DNA of 64,000 nucleotides from Burkholderiales bacterium (GTDB lineage Bacteria; Pseudomonadota; Gammaproteobacteria; Burkholderiales; SG8-39): NCBI GenBank assembly GCA_049651845.1, contig JBASCW010000023.1, positions 111 to 64,110 of the forward strand, read 5' to 3'. Shown piece by piece: positions 59,116 to 64,000 of this stretch (position 1 is its first letter; each line of letters starts with the position of its first letter). The notes under the pieces were generated by a model. It saw only the letters and a program-made list of their open reading frames with translations, ran no database searches and was not told where the DNA came from. The position numbers and the translations under genes were made by a program.

Positions 59116-59546
59116 CGTTCGACCCCGTATTCGCAGAGCATGGCCTTGCCGCGCGCGATGAACTCGGCGGGAAAGGCGGTGGATTTGCGCGCATCGCTGT
59201 CCATGTGCACCGCGGTGATCACGCAGACCGCAGCGATCTCGCCCGTCTGCGCCTCGCGCATCTCGTGCACGAACTTGACGACCTTGTCGCGGATCTCGAG
59301 CAGCCCAGAGCGCACGGCCACGATCTCGCCCGAAATCAGCTCGCGCTTGTAGGTGATGTTCTGCTGGACCGCGGCCATGGCGCGCGCATTGTCGCGCAGG
59401 AATGCGGCGGTCACGCCCAAGTCCGCGAACAGGTTCCAGGTCGCTTCGTCGAACTTGCCCACGTACCACATCACGTTCATGTGGCCCATGTGGTCGCAAT
59501 GCCAGGGATAGACCGCTCCGCGGTAGGTTTCGACAAACGCACTCAT
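59112..59546 (-). CDS. 4HBT/FcbC-family acyl-CoA thioesterase
   Basis: V.PW.CD.MGHMN...Y; start MSAFVE at 59546. Confidence 0.85.
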   Translation of the reverse strand: MSAFVETYRGAVYPWHCDHMGHMNVMWYVGKFDEATWNLFADLGVTAAFLRDNARAMAAVQQNITYKRELISGEIVAVRSGLLEIRDKVVKFVHEMREAQTGEIAAVCVITAVHMDSDARKSTAFPAEFIARGKAMLCEYGVER

Positions 59547-59565
59547 GTGCGCTCCTTCATTCCGC

Positions 59566-60165
59566 TCATGCGTGTTCTTTCGTGCAGCCGAGGTCGCGCA
59601 GCAGGCCGTCTTCCAGGCCGTAGATCCAGCCGTGCACCGCGAGCGGCCGGCCGGCGAGCCAGGCATCCTGCACCACCGTCGCCTCGCACACGTGCCGCAC
59701 CTGCTCGATGACGTTCAACTCACAGAGCCTTCGCTCGCGCTCGTCGGTATCGCGGATCGCATCAAGCTCGGCCGCGTGGAAGGCGCGCACGTCCTGCACG
59801 TGGCGCAGCCAGTTCTCGGCGAGGCCGACCTTCTGGCCGGTGAGCGCCGCGCGCACGCCGCTGCAGCCATAGTGGCCGCAGACGATCACGTGCCGCACGT
59901 GCAGCAGGTCCACCGCGAACTGCAGCACCGACAGGCAGTTGAGGTCGGTATGGACGACGAGGTTGGCGACGTTGCGGTGCACGAACACCTCGCCCGGCGC
60001 AAGGCCGGTGATCTGGTTGGCGGGCACGCGGCTGTCCGAGCAGCCGATCCAGAGGTATTCCGGCGTCTGCTGGCGCGCGAGCCCGGTGAAGAATGCCGGG
60101 TCGCTGGCGCGCATTCCCGCGGCCCAGGCGCGGTTGCGCGCGAACAGCTCGTTGACGCCGGTCAC
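59566..60165 (-). CDS. can: Beta-class carbonic anhydrase
   Basis: [24 protein letters not shown] start at 60165. Confidence 0.92.
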   Translation of the reverse strand: MTGVNELFARNRAWAAGMRASDPAFFTGLARQQTPEYLWIGCSDSRVPANQITGLAPGEVFVHRNVANLVVHTDLNCLSVLQFAVDLLHVRHVIVCGHYGCSGVRAALTGQKVGLAENWLRHVQDVRAFHAAELDAIRDTDERERRLCELNVIEQVRHVCEATVVQDAWLAGRPLAVHGWIYGLEDGLLRDLGCTKEHA

Positions 60166-61301
60166 GCCGTTTCCCCGAACAGCTCGCGGCCGATCAGCCA
60201 GCGGCGGATCTCGGACGTGCCGGCGCCGATCTCGTAGAGCTTGGCGTCGCGCCACAGGCGCCCGGTCGGCGTCTCGTTGATGTAGCCCATGCCGCCCATG
60301 GCCTGGATCGCCTCGCCCGCCATCCAGGTGGCCTTTTCGGCCGCGTAGAGGATCGCGCCCGCGGCGTCCTTGCGCGTGGTCTCGCCGCGGTCGAGCGCCT
60401 GGCCGACCGCGTAGACGTAGGCGCGGCAGGCCGAGAAGGTGGTGTACATGTCGGCGAGTTTGCCCTGCATGAGCTGGAACTCGCCGATCGGCTGGCCGAA
60501 CTGCTTCCTCTCGTGCACGTAGGGCAGCACGGTATCGAGACACGCGGCCATGATGCCGAGCGGGCCGCCCGCGAGCACCGCGCGCTCGTAGTCGAGGCCC
60601 GACATCAGCACCTTCACGCCCTTGCCTTCCTCGCCTAGAATGTTCTGGGCTGGCACCTCGCAATCCCGAAGCACGAGCTCGCAAGTGTTGGAGCCGCGCA
60701 TGCCCAGCTTGTCGAGCTTTTGTGCGGTGCTGAAGCCCTTCATGCCTTTCTCGACGATAAAGGCAGTGATACCTTCACCCTTTCCATAGATGACCAGCAC
60801 ATCGGCGTCGGGCCCGTTCGTGATCCACATTTTGTTGCCGTTCAGGACGTAGCGGTCGCCGCGTCGTTCGGCTTTCAACCTCATGCCAACGACGTCCGAG
60901 CCCGCGCCGGGCTCCGACATCGCCAGCGCGCCGACGTGTTCGCCGGAGATCAGCTTCGGCAGGTACTTGCGCCGCTGCGCGTCGCTGCCGTTGCGGCGGA
61001 TCTGGTTCACGCACAGGTTGGAGTGCGCGCCGTATGAAAGGCCCACCGAGGCCGAGGCGCGGCTGATCTCCTCCATGGCGATGATGTGGGCGAGATAACC
61101 CATCTGCGTGCCGCCGTACTCCTCCTCGACCGTGATGCCGAGCAGGCCGAGCGCGCCGAGCTTGGGCCACAGGTCCAACGGGAACTGGTTGGTGGCGTCG
61201 ATCTCGGCCGCGCGCGGCGCGATCTCCTGCGCCGCGAAATCACGCACCGACTCGCGCAGCATGGCGACGGTGTCGCCGTGTTCGAAGCGCAGAAACGTCA
61301 T
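60162..61301 (-). CDS. ivd: Isovaleryl-CoA dehydrogenase
   Basis: [36 protein letters not shown]; start MTFLRF at 61301. Confidence 0.93.
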   Translation of the reverse strand: MTFLRFEHGDTVAMLRESVRDFAAQEIAPRAAEIDATNQFPLDLWPKLGALGLLGITVEEEYGGTQMGYLAHIIAMEEISRASASVGLSYGAHSNLCVNQIRRNGSDAQRRKYLPKLISGEHVGALAMSEPGAGSDVVGMRLKAERRGDRYVLNGNKMWITNGPDADVLVIYGKGEGITAFIVEKGMKGFSTAQKLDKLGMRGSNTCELVLRDCEVPAQNILGEEGKGVKVLMSGLDYERAVLAGGPLGIMAACLDTVLPYVHERKQFGQPIGEFQLMQGKLADMYTTFSACRAYVYAVGQALDRGETTRKDAAGAILYAAEKATWMAGEAIQAMGGMGYINETPTGRLWRDAKLYEIGAGTSEIRRWLIGRELFGETA

Positions 61302-61750
61302 GCGGGCGTGTCGGGCGTGCCGGCGAGCATGAGCAGCGTCTGCTGCATCGCCGCCACGTGGGTTTCCCCGGCATAGACGTCGCCGCGCGAGATGCTGAGC
61401 GTGCGTCCCGGCTTGACGACACGGCCCCTGGCGATGAGGGCGCCGATCGCCGGATTGAGGATGTTGATCTTGTACTCGACGGTGACCAGCGAGCTGTCCG
61501 CCGGCATGAGCGTGTACGCCGCGTAACCGCACGCGCTGTCGCAGATCATGCCGAGGATGCCGCCGTGGACAAAGCCCTTCTGCTGCGTGAGATCGTCGCG
61601 AAACGGCAGAGCGATCTCGACGTAGCCGGGCTCGACTTGCGCCAGCGTCGCGCCGATCAGCGCCATCGCCTTCTGGCGGCCGAAGCTCGCGCGCACGCGC
61701 GCGGCGAACTGCGGATCCTGGGGCTGAAAGCGGGGCGCGGGCGCGTTCAT
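61298..61750 (-). CDS. PaaI-family thioesterase
   Basis: QQKGFVHGG...DSACG, TVEYKIN. Confidence 0.88.
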   Translation of the reverse strand: MNAPAPRFQPQDPQFAARVRASFGRQKAMALIGATLAQVEPGYVEIALPFRDDLTQQKGFVHGGILGMICDSACGYAAYTLMPADSSLVTVEYKINILNPAIGALIARGRVVKPGRTLSISRGDVYAGETHVAAMQQTLLMLAGTPDTPA

Positions 61751-61765
61751 CGGGTTAACTCGTAA

Positions 61766-61793
61766 GGCTAATTGACGTTTACGTAAACGTCAA
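61766..61793 (-). promoter_or_regulatory. LiuR-type operator/promoter of the paaI-ivd-...-liu operon
   Basis: Same 22-bp palindrome at 61772-61793. Minus strand: -35 TTGACG, 17 bp, -10 TAGCCT. Overlaps the liuR stop codon. Confidence 0.8.
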
Positions 61794-62185
61794 CTTAGCC
61801 GGCGCTTCAACCGCTTCTTCAGCTTGTTCTCAAAGGCGAGAATTTCGGACAATTGCGCCTCGATGTCCGCTCTCTGCTGGACCAGCCCGGCCTTGTGGGA
61901 CTCCAGCACCGCGAGGAAGCGTTCGAGCTGTGGCCGCTCGTCGCGCCCGGGCTCGTACATGTCGATGAGCTCGCGAATCTCGGAGAGCGTGAGGCCGAGG
62001 CGCTTGCCGCGTAGCGTGAGCTTCAGGCGCGTGCGGTCGCGCGGCGAGTAGATGCGGCGCTGGCCCGCGCGTCGCGGCGCGAGCAGGCCGTGGTCCTCGT
62101 AGAAGCGGATCGCGCGCGGCGTGACGTCGAACTCGGTGGCGAGCTCGCCGATGGAAAACTCCGAGCGTTCCTTCTCGGCAGGCAT
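61790..62185 (-). CDS. liuR: MerR-family regulator of leucine/isovalerate utilization
   Basis: FSIGELATEFDVTPRAIRFYEDHGLL.P.R.G..R.Y...DR.RL.L.LRGKRLG; adjacent to ivd. Confidence 0.88.
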   Translation of the reverse strand: MPAEKERSEFSIGELATEFDVTPRAIRFYEDHGLLAPRRAGQRRIYSPRDRTRLKLTLRGKRLGLTLSEIRELIDMYEPGRDERPQLERFLAVLESHKAGLVQQRADIEAQLSEILAFENKLKKRLKRRLS

Positions 62186-62214
62186 GGTAGGGTGCGGGAA
62201 TTCTAGTCTGATTC

Positions 62215-63252
62215 ATGGCCGCACCCGAATACCCTTTCGCCGAACCGCCGGCGCCCGGCGCGACGATGGAGGTCGCGCCCGGCCTGCACTGGCTGCGCAT
62301 GGCGCTGCCGTTCGCGCTCGATCACATCAACCTCTGGCTCCTGGAAGACGGAACGAAGCAAGACCCGTGCTGGCTGCTCATCGACGCGGGCCTCGGCAAC
62401 GCGCCGACGCGCGCACTTTGGGACCGGATCTTCGCGGAGAAGATCGGCGGCAAGCGGGTGCGGCGCGTGCTCGTCACGCACTACCATCCCGACCACGCGG
62501 GCAACGCGGCCTGGCTGTGCGAGCGCACGGGCGCGCAGCTCTGGATGACGCGCGGCGAATACCTCACCGTACATGCCGCGCGCCACGGCGCGGCCGGCTA
62601 CTCGCCCGATGCGCAGAAGGAACTGTTCGTCGCGAACGGGCTGGACGTCGCGCAGGCCAACGTGCTGCTGTCGCGCGGCGGCCTCTACAAGAAGATGGTT
62701 CCCGAGTTTCCGTTCTCGCACCGGCGTCTGTTCGAGGGCGAGACGATCGCCGTTGGCGGCCGCGATTGGCGCGTGATGATCGGCTACGGCCACGCGCCCG
62801 AGCACGCCTCGCTGTACTGTGAAGCGCTGAACGTGCTGATCTCGGGCGACATGCTGCTGCCGCGCATCTCCACCAATGTCGCGGTGCGGCCCGTCGATCC
62901 CTGGTCGAACCCGCTGCGCCTGTTTCTCGATTCGGTGCGCCGCTACCTCACGCTGCCGCAGGACGTGCTGGTGCTGCCCTCGCATGGGCTGCCGTTTCGC
63001 GGCGCGCACGCGCGCGTCGCGCAGCTCGAGACGCATCACGCCGAGCGCCTTGCCGAGCTGCGCGCGGCCTGCGAGCAGGCGCCGCGCGCCGCCGCCGACG
63101 TGCTCGAAGTGCTGTTCCGCCGCAAGCTCGACACGAGCCAGATCTTCTTCGCGCTCGGCGAGGCGATCGCGCACCTGCACTATCTTCATTACGATGGACA
63201 GCTAGCGCGCACGATCGGCGCCGACGGCGTCGCGCGCTTCGCGCCCGGCTAG
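62215..63252 (+). CDS. MBL-fold metallo-hydrolase
   Basis: THYHPDHAG, GHAPEH, SGDMLL, PSHG. Confidence 0.9.
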   Translation: MAAPEYPFAEPPAPGATMEVAPGLHWLRMALPFALDHINLWLLEDGTKQDPCWLLIDAGLGNAPTRALWDRIFAEKIGGKRVRRVLVTHYHPDHAGNAAWLCERTGAQLWMTRGEYLTVHAARHGAAGYSPDAQKELFVANGLDVAQANVLLSRGGLYKKMVPEFPFSHRRLFEGETIAVGGRDWRVMIGYGHAPEHASLYCEALNVLISGDMLLPRISTNVAVRPVDPWSNPLRLFLDSVRRYLTLPQDVLVLPSHGLPFRGAHARVAQLETHHAERLAELRAACEQAPRAAADVLEVLFRRKLDTSQIFFALGEAIAHLHYLHYDGQLARTIGADGVARFAPG

Positions 63253-63265
63253 GCGAGGAGAACCG

Positions 63266-64000
63266 ATGAACCGCGACATCAAGCCCCCGAGCCCCGAGGA
63301 AACCGCCCGCGTGCTGCACGACGTCGCGGAGCGCTCGGCGCGCATTCTCGCCGAATACGCGGGCAAGGAGCATGCCGCGACCGCAGCCAGCGCGGCGAGC
63401 GACGAGCTCGGCATCGCCAAGGCCTACATGGACCTGTATTCGCGCATGCTTGCGGACCCCGCCAAGCTCGCCGCGTTCTCCACCAACCTGATGCTCGATT
63501 ACATGCAGCTCTGGCAGCAGAGCTGGATGAAGCTCATGGGCCTGCAGGCCGCGCCGGTGGCCGTGCCCGCGAAGGGCGACAACCGCTTCAAGGACGAGGA
63601 CTGGAGCTCGAATTTCATCTTCGACTACATCAAGCAGTCCTACCTCATCGCCGCGCGCCAGATCCGGCACGCCGTGGCGGGCGTCGAGGGCCTGCCGCCG
63701 GAATCCGAGAAGAAGGTGGCGTTCTTCACGCGCCAGTACGTGGACGCGCTCGCGCCCTCGAATTTCGCGCTCACCAACCCCCAGGTGCTGCGCGAGACGC
63801 TCGCCAGCGGCGGCCAGAACCTGCTCAAGGGCCTGGGCAACCTGCTTGCCGACATCGAGAAGGGCGGCATCAGCATGACCGACGAGAAGGCCTTCCAGCT
63901 CGGCCGCAACGTCGCCACCACGCCGGGCAAGGTCGTTTACCAGACCGAGCTCATGCAGCTGATCCAGTTCCAGCCGACCGCGGCGGAGGCCTACCGCACG
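63266..64000 (+). CDS. phaC: Class I polyhydroxyalkanoate synthase, 3'-truncated by the window
   Basis: GGAG RBS; D.RF.DEDW..N..FDYIKQSYL, FFTRQYVDALAPSNF..TNP, NVATTPGKVV. Confidence 0.92.
   Translation, partial: MNRDIKPPSPEETARVLHDVAERSARILAEYAGKEHAATAASAASDELGIAKAYMDLYSRMLADPAKLAAFSTNLMLDYMQLWQQSWMKLMGLQAAPVAVPAKGDNRFKDEDWSSNFIFDYIKQSYLIAARQIRHAVAGVEGLPPESEKKVAFFTRQYVDALAPSNFALTNPQVLRETLASGGQNLLKGLGNLLADIEKGGISMTDEKAFQLGRNVATTPGKVVYQTELMQLIQFQPTAAEAYRT

Overview
GC-rich DNA, probably from a betaproteobacterium (inferred from gene content), in two parts. (1) 1-16810 is an accessory toxin/mobile region. It holds the end of an Rhs/YD-repeat gene and a second gene encoding signal peptide + four Ig-like domains + Rhs core + C-terminal (CT) domain, followed by small membrane proteins. 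Two diverged tandem copies of a module follow: XRE repressor (reverse) | CHC2-Toprim primase/P-loop ATPase -> XerC/D-like tyrosine recombinase. Between the copies lie a ~0.9 kb non-coding, highly structured inverted repeat with dif-like arms and a start-less orphan Rhs core-CT2 with a Sel1-repeat partner. An IS1182 at a CTAG cuts off the second module. The repeat unit appears to start at an exact 18-bp match inside the Rhs core. This suggests a self-replicating, site-specific Rhs toxin-tip exchange element, which is the main hypothesis here and is untested. (2) 16811-64000 is host metabolism: nitrate assimilation (NirD-NasA fusion, nirB, ABC transporter, NasT, ANTAR leader, sigma54 promoters), icmF, an acyl-CoA ligase/Liv-type ABC cluster, crotonases, the liu leucine catabolism operon with LiuR operators, and the start of phaC. 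I saw no rRNA, tRNA or CRISPR array. All alignments and motif counts were done by eye.
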